A stretch of 64,000 nucleotides of DNA. Source: Eledone cirrhosa (Eukaryota). Shown piece after piece: positions 41,531 through 53,831 of the stretch. Position 1 is the first letter of the stretch; each line of letters begins with the position of its first letter. The stretch lies in assembly GCA_964016885.1 (NCBI GenBank), contig OZ024758.1:18042001-18106000 (forward strand), in the 5' to 3' direction. The position numbers and the translations under genes were made by a program. The notes beneath the pieces were generated by a model. That model was not told where the DNA came from, ran no database searches, and was given only the letters and a program-made list of their open reading frames with translations.

Positions 41531-41920
41531 GTGTGTGTGTGTATATATGATCAACACCATACTGAAGCAGGGAGATATATTAAGATAACACTCATTAACC
41601 ACGATGTGAGTGTTGCCTTGGAGCAACGTAGCTAGAAAGACGTATCATGCTGACATATCATTTGCGCTAGATTAGCAATAGCCTCGTTATGGCAGATGTG
41701 ATAACAGTGTTGTGCATAGTGAAGTCACCTAGAATAATGATGTTAGAACCATTTTCCTCATATCAGTACCAAGAAATACTGAATACAATTGTAGGTAGAA
41801 ATTCATTCCAGAACGATTGAAGAAATAACCTACAGTAATAGTAATTTGATTACAAGAATGGGATAGACTTCGATTTTGAACATGATTAATCTCGATAAAC
41901 ACAGTTACCACCATGTATTT
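40400..41920 (-). pseudogene. Decayed APE-type LINE (endonuclease + linker), split by a compound microsatellite at ~41165-41548
   Basis: Minus strand SNIIILGDFTMHN (~41750-41712) matches the APE GDFN motif; QGNT follows; downstream peptide-like stretches with stops. Confidence 0.5.
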
Positions 41921-42685
41921 CCTACAATTTATATAGATAATATAAATATAAATTTTAAATATTTACAATATAAGAATGTAAAATGTTTTGAATTCGTGAG
42001 AACACTATTGGAATATTGCATGAATTTGTACTAGAGACCTTCTCTTTAGTTATTTATTAATGTCTTCATTACAATGGCCTAGGTTTATATTTCATATTCC
42101 ATGAAGTCATACATTTGTTGTGTAGACAATTATATCAACAAGATCTGTTGTAAATAAGAACAATGCCTAAAACAACTACGACAGCAACATAAACAATGCA
42201 AACATGAATAAGTAAAAAAAAAAAAAAAAAAGTCGCACTTGTTAATTGTTGCAAATTATGACCCCCAAAATAATAAATATAAAAACAAAAAGCTATCATA
42301 AAGAAATATTATCTACACTTCCAGGACAAAAGGGAAAAGCAAAGCCATAATTATTATTTATGATAGCCAGAAAGAAGTAATCGATAAATCAATATTTTTT
42401 TTGTCGATTATACATTCATACGACTCGCATGTCATATGTGCGATGGTTATTATCTTTCAGATCTGAGCAGTAAGTGTATTGATTAGATTAAATATATTTT
42501 TACAGAAATATATATGAGAGATATTGTTTTGTATTTCCTGGAAGACAATTGCATTTATTTATATTAAGCATTTGTCTTGGCAATGATATGTTCCTTGATG
42601 GAGAAGAGGTTTGTTGTAATAATTATAACATATGTATATTATTTTGTCTACATTACTTCCTTTTGCTCCCTTTTGTCTCCCACTA

Positions 42686-42758
<73 letters not shown>

Positions 42759-42881
42759 GGATGGTGTCATCGTATGGCTAAGGCAGCACGTGCTGTGACC
42801 AGCTGCGCCGATTGGCGCTCGACAGACTGGTCGGTCAAGGTGATCAAGTTGATATACATGTATATATATATATGATACACA

Positions 42882-42913
<32 letters not shown>

Positions 42914-42928
42914 CATATATATATATAA

Positions 42929-43043
<115 letters not shown>

Positions 43044-43067
43044 CACACACACACACACACCTATATA

Positions 43068-43141
<74 letters not shown>

Positions 43142-43255
43142 TATATTTATCACTCAGCCACTTACCTTTAAACCTTTTCTTTTATTCATATAAATGTATG
43201 TGAATTTATATGTAGGCATATGTAAACATACATAGACACACACAAACACACACAC

Positions 43256-43301
<46 letters not shown>

Positions 43302-43794
43302 ATGTGTGTGTTTGTGCGGTTATTTATATTGTTGACATATCACTAACAGAAAATACTTTGTAAGGAAGAATCAACCGATCCTACTTCCCTTCATTCCAAT
43401 ACAGAATGCAATCTTAAAATGACTTATATTTTCATTCTTTTAAAGAAATGCCTCATTCGTAGTAAGTTATATATCAAGTAGCCTAATATTGTTACTATCG
43501 TTAGCTCCCCAGCGATTTTTCCATATTAAAATGGTGGTAGATGTATTTAGATATTTTAAAACTAACTGATTTTGCAAATGTATCTCATTAAAGATTTTGA
43601 AATATATATTTGCTAGGAACTCATTGCTAAGGATTATGCATTCATCCCGCAAATATGAATTTTTTAATATAACAAAAATTGCAGTTTAGCGTCTTTAAAC
43701 AGCATACTTCGATGGGTTTCATTATTTTCTACATGTTATCATACCACACCTTTTTGCATTATTGGATGGAAAGTTTGTAGACAGCTGCATCAAC

Positions 43795-43808
43795 AGTAGT
43801 AGGAGTAC

Positions 43809-43877
<69 letters not shown>

Positions 43878-43955
43878 GTAGTACTAGAAGCAGCAGTATT
43901 ATAATTATTAGTGTTGCTGTTATTATTATTATTATTATTAATATTATTATTATTG
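43795..43955. repeat. Compound (GCA)n(GTA)n(TTA)n microsatellite
   Basis: Direct reading. Confidence 0.9.
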
Positions 43956-44174
43956 TTCTTTGAGTCTCAGTCATTGATGTTAGTTAACTGGAAAGTTTGT
44001 TGAAATGAATATCAAGCCACTACCTGCAGCCTCAGATATTCAGGACGTATCGGAGGGTTCTTGCTGTTCCCAGCAAGCATGCCTTTTGAAGCGTTCCAAA
44101 AAACGTGGCGGGGCCAATTTTCTTTAACCATCCCTGGAAAACTTTTTGAGATAGTCGCTAGTGCGCCTATGAAA
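43956..44174 (-). mobile_element. Dong/R4-type LINE 3' end, copy 2 (~220 bp)
   Basis: Diverged copy of 44296-44512 (IGALATISK...3' UTR), flanked by (TTA)n. Confidence 0.88.
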
Positions 44175-44210
44175 ATGATTATTATTATTATTATTATTAT
44201 TATTGTTATT

Positions 44211-44264
44211 CCTTGAATCTCAGTCATTGATGTTGGTTAACTGGAAAGTCCGTTGGATTGAATA
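44211..44264 (-). mobile_element. Dong/R4-type LINE 3' end, copy 3 (~54 bp)
   Basis: Essentially identical to 44297-44350, flanked by (TTA)n. Confidence 0.85.
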
Positions 44265-44295
44265 TTATTATTATTATTATTATTGTTATTGTTAT

Positions 44296-45512
44296 TCCTT
44301 GAATCTCAGTCATTGATGTTGGTTAACTGGAAAGTCCGTTGGATTGAATATCAAGCCACTACCTGCAGCCTCAGATATTCAGGACGTATCGGAGGGTTCT
44401 TGCCGTTCCAAGCAAGCATGCCTTTTGAAGCGTTCCAAAAAGCGTGAAGGGGCCGATTTTCTTTAACCATCCCTGGAAACCTTTGGAGATAGTCCCCAGT
44501 GCGCCTATGACAATCGGGATCACTTTGACTTCATGGCAGTTCCAAATCCTTTTCACCTCCCACTTTAGGTCCTGGTATCGGTTAATTTTCTCCCTCTCCT
44601 TCTCTTGCACTCTCGTGTCGAACGGGCAGGCCACATCCACAATCAGGCACGATCTTTTTTCTTTGTCCACAACCACCAGGTCAGGTCTATTGTGTTCCAG
44701 TTTTTTGTCCGTCTGTATCCTAAAATCCCACAGCACCTTCACCTGACTGTTCTCCATCACCGCCTCTGGCCTATGCTCATACCATTTCTCAGAATGTGGT
44801 AGATTGTTTACTTTGCACAGGTGCCAGTGGATCACCCTGCCCATCACATCGTGTCTCCAGCCCTTATAGTGGGTCTGGGCTAGGTGTTTACACTCGGACA
44901 CAATGTGAGCCACAGTCTCCTCTCTCTCTCCACAGATCCTGCACAGTGGGCTAGCCTCCTCCTTGTAGATATGGTGCTTCAACCACTTCGTTTTGAGGGC
45001 CTGCTCCTGCGCAGCCATTAGCATTCCTTCTGTAGCCTTTTTGAGGTCTCCTCTTCTCAACCAGTTCCATGTCTGTGGATCTCTAAATTCAGTTTTCTCA
45101 AAGAAGGTACTATGAAGGGATTTTCCCTTAGGGCTGCTCTTCCTCCTTGATGTTATTTCCTCCTTGGATATCCCCTGGCCTACTGTCCCCTCCTTCAGTA
45201 CAGCTCTGAGCATTGGCTCCTTACTATAGGTCACGTATTTGTATAGGTTGTTTTTCTCCATCTGAACACAGTCCTCTATGCTGATAAGACCTCTTCCACC
45301 CTCAGATCTCCTTAGGTAGAGTCTATCGACATCACTCCTCTTGTGGAACATGTTGTAGATAGTCAATAGCTTCCTAGTCTTCCTATCCATTTCTTTTTGT
45401 TCAGCAACATTCCATCTCAGAATTCCCGCACTGTACATAATAATAGACACAGCTCGGGAATTTACTGCGCTTATGGCATTTCTGCTGTTCAGATGTGACT
45501 TCAATACGCTCC
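44296..45512 (-). mobile_element. R4/Dong-clade non-LTR retrotransposon, 5'-truncated, in a (TAA)n array
   Basis: Open frame plus ~75 bp 3' UTR; (TAA)n on both sides; Dong elements are known (TAA)n targeters. Confidence 0.9.
44371..45512 (-). CDS. RT thumb + CCHC zinc knuckle + REL endonuclease (5'-truncated, frame intact)
   Basis: RLYLRRSEGGRGL, CRICGEREETVAHIVSEC, RHD, WDFRIQTD, RPDLVVVD, IVDVACP, EKINRY, PIVIGALG. Confidence 0.9.
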
Positions 45513-45576
<64 letters not shown>

Positions 45577-45578
45577 AG

Positions 45579-45794
45579 GGCGGTGGATTGGCAGTATCGG
45601 TAGAGGGTCGGACACCATGCTTTGCAGCATAGAGTTACGTCCCTTTATGGTTTGAGTTCAAATCCTACCGAGGTTAACTCTGATTTTCATTTTTACGAGG
45701 TCGATAAAATAAAGCACCAGTAACATACTCGGGTCGATTTAATCGACTTTCTCTCGTCCCAAATTACTGGCCTTGTGCATATACTAGAAATCAT
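45579..45794 (+). mobile_element. SINE family 1
   Basis: Full unit starting ggcggtggattggcagtatcgg. Confidence 0.9.
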
Positions 45795-45932
45795 ATATTT
45801 GCTTTTTTCCTTCCCCTCTTTTAATCCCTTTTTTTTTATTACTTGTCTCACTAGCTGTTTTTTATTACCAACTGTAAAGAGTGCTCGATAAATCCCCGAG
45901 CCTGCCATGGTTTATTAGCTCTATATGCACGT

Positions 45933-46149
45933 GAAGGCGTGTGGCTGAGTAGTTAGAGAATTGGATTCACAATCGTAAGGTTGTGAGTTCGATTCCTGGA
46001 CCAGGCGATGCGTTATGTCCTTGAGCAAGACACTTTATTTCACGTTGCTCCTTCTACCTGGAGTTGCGACCGATAGATAGTATTAGCAATTGGAAAGACC
46101 AACGGAAACATTGTTCCCTCGGTCCGATTTGACGAAAGTCGAACGTTCC
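45933..46149 (+). mobile_element. SINE family 2 (tRNA head) with ~11 bp TSD
   Basis: gtggctgagtagtt A-box-like, gagttcgattcc B box; tatatgcacgt (45922-45932) / tatatggacgt (46152-46162); the empty site is seen at ~35413-35423. Confidence 0.88.
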
Positions 46150-46193
46150 TATATATGGACGTTTAAATTCCTTAAATAGATAAATTTCCAATA

Positions 46194-46450
46194 ATGCACT
46201 GTAATAATTGCTGACCTCGTGCCGAATATAAAAACAATTATTATTATCATTAGTAGATCGGTGGATTGGCAGTATCGGTAGAGAGTCGGACACCATGATT
46301 TGAAGCATAGAGTTACGTCCCTTTATTATCTGAGTTCAAATCCCGCCGAGGTTAACTTTGCCTTTCATCCTTACGGGGTCGATAAAATAAAGTACCAGTA
46401 ATGTACTGGGTAATTTTCTGGCCTTGTGCCAAAAGTAGAAATAATTATTA
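46194..46450 (+). mobile_element. SINE family 1 tail (46194-46240) plus full copy (46260-46450)
   Basis: Tail and full unit separated by an (ATT) tract. Confidence 0.88.
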
Positions 46451-46694
46451 TCATTAGTAGTGGTAGTAGTAGTAGTAGTAGTAATGTTGGATGTAGTAGT
46501 GGTAGTATTTTAGGTTTCCTCATCTATCTTCAATTTCTATTAACTCACGCAACCTCCTATATATAAAGCCGTCAAAAACTGCCAAGCAGTTAGTGTTTTC
46601 GTTAGTATTATTAATAACTGTCTCTATAGCCTATACTATGCACTAACCTGTAAGGGTTGTGGTGTTCAAGGTTCCAATTGTTGAAGTTTGCTCC

Positions 46695-46780
46695 CTACTA
46701 CTACTATTACTACTACTACTACTACTACTACTACTACATCAACTACTACTACTACTACTACTACTACTACTGCTACATCA

Positions 46781-46825
<45 letters not shown>

Positions 46826-47090
46826 GCTGCTGCTACTACCACTAATACTACTAATACTACTGCTGCTGCTGCTACTACTACTACTACTACTTCTACACCT
46901 ACTACTACTACTGCTACTGTTGCTGCTACTACCACTAATACTACTAATACTGCTGCTGCTATTACTACTACTACTGCTACTACTACTGCTACAACTGCTA
47001 CTACTACTACTACTACTTCTGCTGCTGCTGCTGCTACTACTACTTCTTCTGCTACTACTACTACTACTACTAATACTGCTGCTACTACTA
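46695..47090. repeat. Compound (CTA)/(CTG) trinucleotide array
   Basis: Direct reading; internal higher-order duplications. Confidence 0.95.
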
Positions 47091-47094
47091 ATTA

Positions 47095-47244
47095 TCTCGC
47101 ATAATATCAAATCTATGAGATTTTGATATTATTTGTTTTGAGAACAATACCTTAACATCAGTATGAGTGACAGGATACAGCCGATTTGAATAGAAAGAGG
47201 TGAGAGAATTCTGGCCGGATATGGCTGGTTTAAATGCTAAAGGG
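47095..47244. mobile_element. piggyBac-type MITE, right half
   Basis: Ends aaatgctaaaGGG|TTAA; homologous to 52495-52643 and 53057-53220. Confidence 0.7.
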
Positions 47245-47753
47245 TTAAATATGTGAATATATTCTCCATAACCCATCCGCTTTGTCTTGTTCCTTGTTCA
47301 AGATTTGATATATTTATTTATCATTCATTATCTCTAATCTATCGTTTGTCTTTTTAAATAAATACTATATGTTTACAATATTGTTCTAATTTTCTTCCGA
47401 CTTTCAACATTTAGAGAAGTCATTTATTGTGGATATATAAAATTATCTCAAATTATTTTTGACATATCTGCTAACAGAATATATCTATTCATACCAGATT
47501 CCCGCTATGCTGCTGTATTTAAACATTATCTTAAAAGGAAAATATAATGCTTTAGATAAAATAAACCTTCATTTACTGTTTTACAGATGTACGCCTGCAT
47601 ACAGGCACAGTTAAACACATACATACACAGAAAAGCACACACATGTACACCCACAGACACACACAAATATATATATATACACACATAAACACAGGTATAT
47701 ATATATATATATATATATATATCTGTGCTTATGTGTATATATATGTGTATATA

Positions 47754-47879
<126 letters not shown>

Positions 47880-48959
47880 TATAAGCAAGCACTTTTATGC
47901 TTTCTAAATTGTTTGTACCACAACTGATAAATACTTCCCATTTCCAAGATACGTAAAAGGCACATGAATAGATATATATTACAAGCAGAGATTTTAAACT
48001 TTCTTTACATTAATTATACATTACAAAAGCAATGGATATTTGAAACGTTCAAACGCATCCTACCTGTGAACGTATATAGATATTAATGCATTTAATAAAA
48101 TAAAATAAAGAATATTATAATGATAATACATATATGAATGAATAATAACAGGATGAAGATAGAGAATAAAAGGAACCTAAATCTAAAAGAAAATCAATCA
48201 TTTAAAATTAAAACCACAACTATACAGTCGGCCTAGAAGTTGTACATGTTACAAAGTATACAGCCAAAATGTAATTTCTTCATTTACAGTTAAAGTACAA
48301 TTCTAGATGCAACAAACAAGAGAAAGCAAAACTAGAAAGGTTAATAGGACAGAAACAGAACAGATATAGCATTCTCGAATTTTCTAAACATTCCGTAAAT
48401 GATTTACAACTGGTTCAGATGACTTATGTCGGGCATGTGAAATATGTTTCCTGCAGGCGAGATGCAGCCCTTTACAAGCACACCTGCTCAAAGATATTTA
48501 CAGCTCAAGGGTATTTACAGTGCGAACAAGTTTTATCTTCGTGATATAAAATTTAAAGAATTAGTTGTAATGTACGCAATTAGTTCTCATGTGTGACCCT
48601 CAGACTACACATAAATGACCCATGTGGCTCCTCGGGGAGACCCTCAGTTTGACATGCCCGATTTATGTCATTGAACGGATGTGATTTGAAACATTTGTGA
48701 CTACATCATATACTCCGTATCATGCAGTTATTTTGTCTAATTTTCGAATTAAAATCATGCTAGGTATTTCCGCATCAAATATATGTTTGTCTATAGATAC
48801 ATTTCGGCACGTCGTCTCTAATGTACATTCTGTAAGATGACTGGTGTTAAATCATCCAATTTTCTTGGCGTTTGTCATTAGTGCATTACCCTAGTAGAAA
48901 TAGGTGACGTTCTATTCATGTCCCAGTAAGCAGCATTTTTATTCTATATAGCTCATGAG

Positions 48960-49280
48960 ACTTATGACAGGCAAGCGGCTCAGCGAACGTATCTGTATCA
49001 GTGAGCTGCTCAACATAACCACACTTAGACCAATTACATCAATTGTCGAGTCAAGATTAGTCAAACTATACGGTCATATAAAAAGATCAACTCATGGTGT
49101 GAATAGCTTATACCTGGAAGGAAGGTTGGCTGGTAGAGAAGCAGAGGCCGGCAACCAAAACGATGGCTTGATAATGTCCATTTATAGACTGGACTCTTTG
49201 AACTCTGCTGTTGGTGATCGAACTTTCTGTAGAAAAATATCTCATGTTGATGCACAGTCTGCAACTAGTAGAGTGTAGCG
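48960..49280 (+). mobile_element. RTE-like LINE 3' fragment
   Basis: ITSIVESRLVKLYGHIKRS..LEGRLAG / RSRGRQPKRWLDNV (frameshift) ..DRTFCRK. Confidence 0.75.
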
Positions 49281-50148
49281 TCACAAGAAGCCGAACGTTT
49301 AGAATTGTGTATATGATTAAACTTCTTTCTGCTGACCTAATAGATTATCAAGCTATGCATTCGTGATATCTGTGTTGGAAATATGCGAGGTTTTGCATAT
49401 CTTTAGTAGGTTAATAGATGTCCGAGGAAATCAGTCACCCTACTTCTGTTTCATTTTAGTCGATCAATATTCTGAAAGCACCTTTAAACAAATGATAATG
49501 GTATCGTTTAAGTGTGAATACTGTGTATGTATATAAAAGTGTTTCATCTTACATGGAACTCCTTGTGCGTAAGCTTTTCAAATATGCATTTTCATGAAGT
49601 CTGGTTTATACAAAAGTGTCTAGCTATGATTGCGTGAGTCCTTGTATCAAACTAAGCATTGTTCATAATACAAATATATTTCTTGTAAAGAACTGTGTGA
49701 TAGCAAATAATTACTGGTGATGTATGTTAATTAAATTTTAAATTAGAAATTATTCAAGCATTGCTTGCGTCCCAAAATAATCATGAAAATATTTTGCAAT
49801 TTATCTTTCGTAATCTGGTTTCTGATATTTTACTATTTTATCTCGATTGTAATCTTGTTATTTATTGTTGTCAAATGTGTTACATATTTGCTACATATAA
49901 TTATATTGCCCCAGTGAACCCAGTTAGTAGATAAGTCATTGTGCTCCCCTATATCATTTACTTGCAGATTCTACATGATGATGATTCAGACATCTTTTCT
50001 TCCTTGTTAACTGCAATGTATTACACTTTCTTAGACGATATTGATTTGAATTTTATTTATTCAATAACATTTAAGGATGGCTGATTATACATAAAAAAAA
50101 TATAAAAATCTTCAATGTATATTGTTTAAAGAAGATAAACAGATGGTT

Positions 50149-50225
<77 letters not shown>

Positions 50226-50233
50226 GAGTTTTT

Positions 50234-50264
<31 letters not shown>

Positions 50265-51012
50265 TACATTCATAGGGATATATGTATATATTTAGACATA
50301 GTCACATATGTTATCTAATAATTCTTCAAACTTTCAATTTTATATATGTATATATATACACACAAAAACTTCAATATTTCCGGGATGAATGCATAATGCT
50401 TGGTGATCGACGTCTATTATTAGCAACATATATTTCAAAATCCAAAATGTTACATATTTCCTTTTATTTTGGTACGTTGTTTCTCATTACTATATTTAAT
50501 TGAATTAGAAATATAACACCTATGATGTTTGAAAAGAGTTATACGTTAATTATCGGAAAATGTTATTTTGTAAGTAAGAAATATATAGAAAGAGAATGTG
50601 TCAGAGTAAGATACTCTACCGAATATATATACCAATTGATAACATGATATAATGTATATTTATGAATTGTACTCTGAGTGACAAAGTTGCACCTTATTTA
50701 AACATGTATAGCTTCATAATATTATACCATTAATCCTAATATTGTCTTTATTATTTTATATGAAAAACAATGAAACATATTTTGTAAATACTGATCTTGG
50801 TATTGAAAGCTGTGTCACCAAGTTAAAAACATATAAAAAGATAATAGATTCTGAATGTAGCAGCAGGTAAATCTATAAATAAATAGATACATAGATAGAT
50901 ATATTGTGATTGAGACTTCCTTAGTTTGGAAAGCCAATTTGGATTGAAGCCAGCTTCATATCTCCCTTATTTTTGTTTTCTTGCGATGCACACCCACAGG
51001 ACCATAAAAAGG

Positions 51013-51090
<78 letters not shown>

Positions 51091-51097
51091 GTGATAA

Positions 51098-51231
51098 TAA
51101 GAAATGTGGAGACTAAAATCCGAAGAGGGCTCGATAAGGATAATATCTATATCAAATACATAAAAACCATAGAGTCTCAGAAGATCCCGTCTAGCATCGA
51201 TTCTTTGCTTGACCTTTAATCTGTAATTTTC
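51098..51231 (-). mobile_element. Family C mini-element, internally deleted (tail + outer part of far arm) in (TA)n
   Basis: ccgaagagggctcgataaggataat is the reverse tail; gattctttgcttgacctttaatctgtaatttt matches the arm end 57807-57838. Confidence 0.75.
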
Positions 51232-51281
<50 letters not shown>

Positions 51282-51384
51282 TTCCAAGAAATGTCAACAA
51301 GAATGAACCTGTTATTTTTATCTAAAACATGTTCTCCAATTGCGCCCCCCTCCCTATCCCTTCAATCTGTTGTATTTCTCATTC

Positions 51385-51423
51385 TTTATTCTGATGAAGA
51401 ATTAGCGTCCGAAACGTTAAGAG
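51385..51423 (+). ncRNA. Hammerhead-like core in a microsatellite-flanked insert
   Basis: CUGAUGA-agaauuagcgucc-GAAACGUUA with palindromic AACGUU; stems I and II are weak. Confidence 0.45.
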
Positions 51424-51548
51424 CAGCTTCCTGCTATTTTAAGCGTTAACCTAATATATTCCTTCCATATACTGTACCGATTGTGTTGTTATTTCTGTTT
51501 ACCTTTTACACACACATACACACACATATATATATATGTATATATGTA

Positions 51549-51654
<106 letters not shown>

Positions 51655-52215
51655 CAGCGGGGAAGAAAAAATGGCTTCACTTGTGCTTTCAACAAATTTA
51701 TTTTCTTCACAAAATCCAAAAAGAATTTTTCTTAAAAAAATTTTTTATTTTATAAATTAAGTTGTTGGTATATATATGTATATATATGTATATATACATA
51801 TATATACATACTTATATAAATATATATATTGGTGATTTCTTACTATCGAATGTCTTGAGTTGTAATAATTGTTAAGCTTTTCCATTAATCACCCAAGGAT
51901 TTAAAGTTGTTGGGAAATATTTTTTATTGCAAACGTACAAAGTCTTTATATGAAACTCAGTCACACAATTCTTTGGTGGTGTTTATCTGTTCCATATATA
52001 TAGATTGTTGGAAATTGTCTGGAAAACTAAATAGAAATATTTATTAATATATTTAATTTGAATAAATATAGATTGCCCTAATATTAATTTAAGATGTAAT
52101 GTAGACCAATATAATGTGCAGCGAGGAACATATTAATAGGGTATATGGAAATATAAATATTATTATAAATATGAATATCATTGTTGTACTGCCACTCCTA
52201 TGAAACATTTATTAA

Positions 52216-52643
52216 CCCTTTAGCATTTACATTATTCTATATATATTGGGTGGGGGATTGGCAGTACCGGTAGAAGGACGGACACCATACTTTGACGGCA
52301 TAGAGTTGCGGTCCTTGCCATTCTGAGTTCAAATCCCACCGAGGTTAACTTTGCCTTTCATCCTTACGAGGTCGATAAAATAAGGTACCAGTAATGCACT
52401 GAGATAATTACCGGCCTTGTGCCAAAACGTAGAAACAATTATTCTATATATACTATTTTATTTTCATTGTATATGTTTCATCTCATATAAATATCTCAGA
52501 TAATATCGAATCGATGAGATTTTGATGAAATTTACTTTCAGGACAATAATTTAACATCATTATGAGCTGCCAGTTATGGCCAGTTTGAACAGAAAAAGGT
52601 AAGAACATTTTGACCGGATATGGCCGGTTCAAATGCTAAAGTG
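52216..52643. mobile_element. piggyBac-type MITE with nested SINE family 1 (52254-52442)
   Basis: TTAA|CCCtttagcattt ... aaatgctaaagtg|TTAA. Confidence 0.8.
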
Positions 52644-53056
52644 TTAATATGTATATCAACTATACATACATCAGTTGATTAACCGGTTATCTATATTATA
52701 TACAAATCTCATTATATTTTCCCCAAACCACTACATTCATGAGACGGTAAATTGAGAAATAAAAAAAGTTAAACGCCGCTGATTTGCTGAAACATGAAAT
52801 CCAAAGCGAACGTATATTGATATAAATTACATTCTTCTTTAATGCTTTGAACTGGCAGATTCAATAGAACGTCGGTTAAAATGCTATAAAGTATCTAGGG
52901 GCTAATACCTGATAACCACCAAAGTAACATTTGCCATTTCTCACATTGAGCTCGAATAAAAATAACCAGACCTATACCGGAGCATATTATTTGCCTGTAT
53001 ATATGTTTTTATTCATTCTCTCACACACTCTCCCTATTCCATTCTATGTGCATTAA

Positions 53057-53280
53057 CCCATTAGCGTTTAAACCGGTCGAGTCCGGCCAAAATTTCTCTC
53101 ACTCCTTTCTGCTCCAACTGGCTGTAACTGGCCACATATACTGATGTTAAGGTATTTTTCTTAAAATAAATAATATCAAAATCTCATAGATTTGATATTA
53201 TGTAAGTTAATTATGTGAGATAATGTGTTTACTGTGAAAATACAATAGTATATATAGAGTAATTGATGAATGCTATAGGC
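53057..53280. mobile_element. piggyBac-type MITE, opposite orientation
   Basis: TTAA|CCCattagcgtt ... aatgctataggc|TTAA; internal taatatcaaaatctcataga shared with the other copies. Confidence 0.75.
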
Positions 53281-53831
53281 TTAAGACCTGATGAGTGATA
53301 GTATGAACCGTCATAATGGTATCTTTACTAATCCTGGAGAAATTACAAAACTATTGTCTATTCTCCCACTCCTGTTTCCTTACCGTCGATTTCACAACAC
53401 TTTTTGATATAACATTAGATTTATCATTATATTATGATTCATGAAGTTTATATTTATTATGGTATTAATATTTAAATTAGCAGACGTATCTTGTGTCTGT
53501 TTTTAATATGAATTACAGACAACATTGTAAGAACGTCTACATTTTACAATAATAAATTGATGACACTTCATTAATTGAAGACTTGGTTGGATCTATAAGT
53601 AATGAGGATCTGGCAGTATTGGAGTGTGGTCTGGTCTGGGTATGCTATCCTAGATCATAAGCCAGCTGCTTGAGAAACATTTGTAACCAAGATTGTACAA
53701 TAAATCTCCTATGTAACATCTCCACTTGGTTCGTATTATATATATATATATATATAGATATATATAATATATATATATAAAAATATATGCCAATACAGAC
53801 CGAATATATATATATATATATATATATATTA

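Noticed and set aside
45513-45630. N-terminus of the 419 aa ORF (MLQSM..poly-Asn)
   Set aside because: Read-through of an antisense SINE and the (TAA)n target; not part of the LINE protein.
46657-47126. Poly-Thr/Leu/Ser 'mucin-like' ORFs
   Set aside because: Open in several frames because (CTA/CTG)n lacks stops; no flanking coding context.
53284-53312. CTGATGA hammerhead-like hits (also ~3424, ~13608, ~56752)
   Set aside because: No properly placed GAAA or pairing stems.
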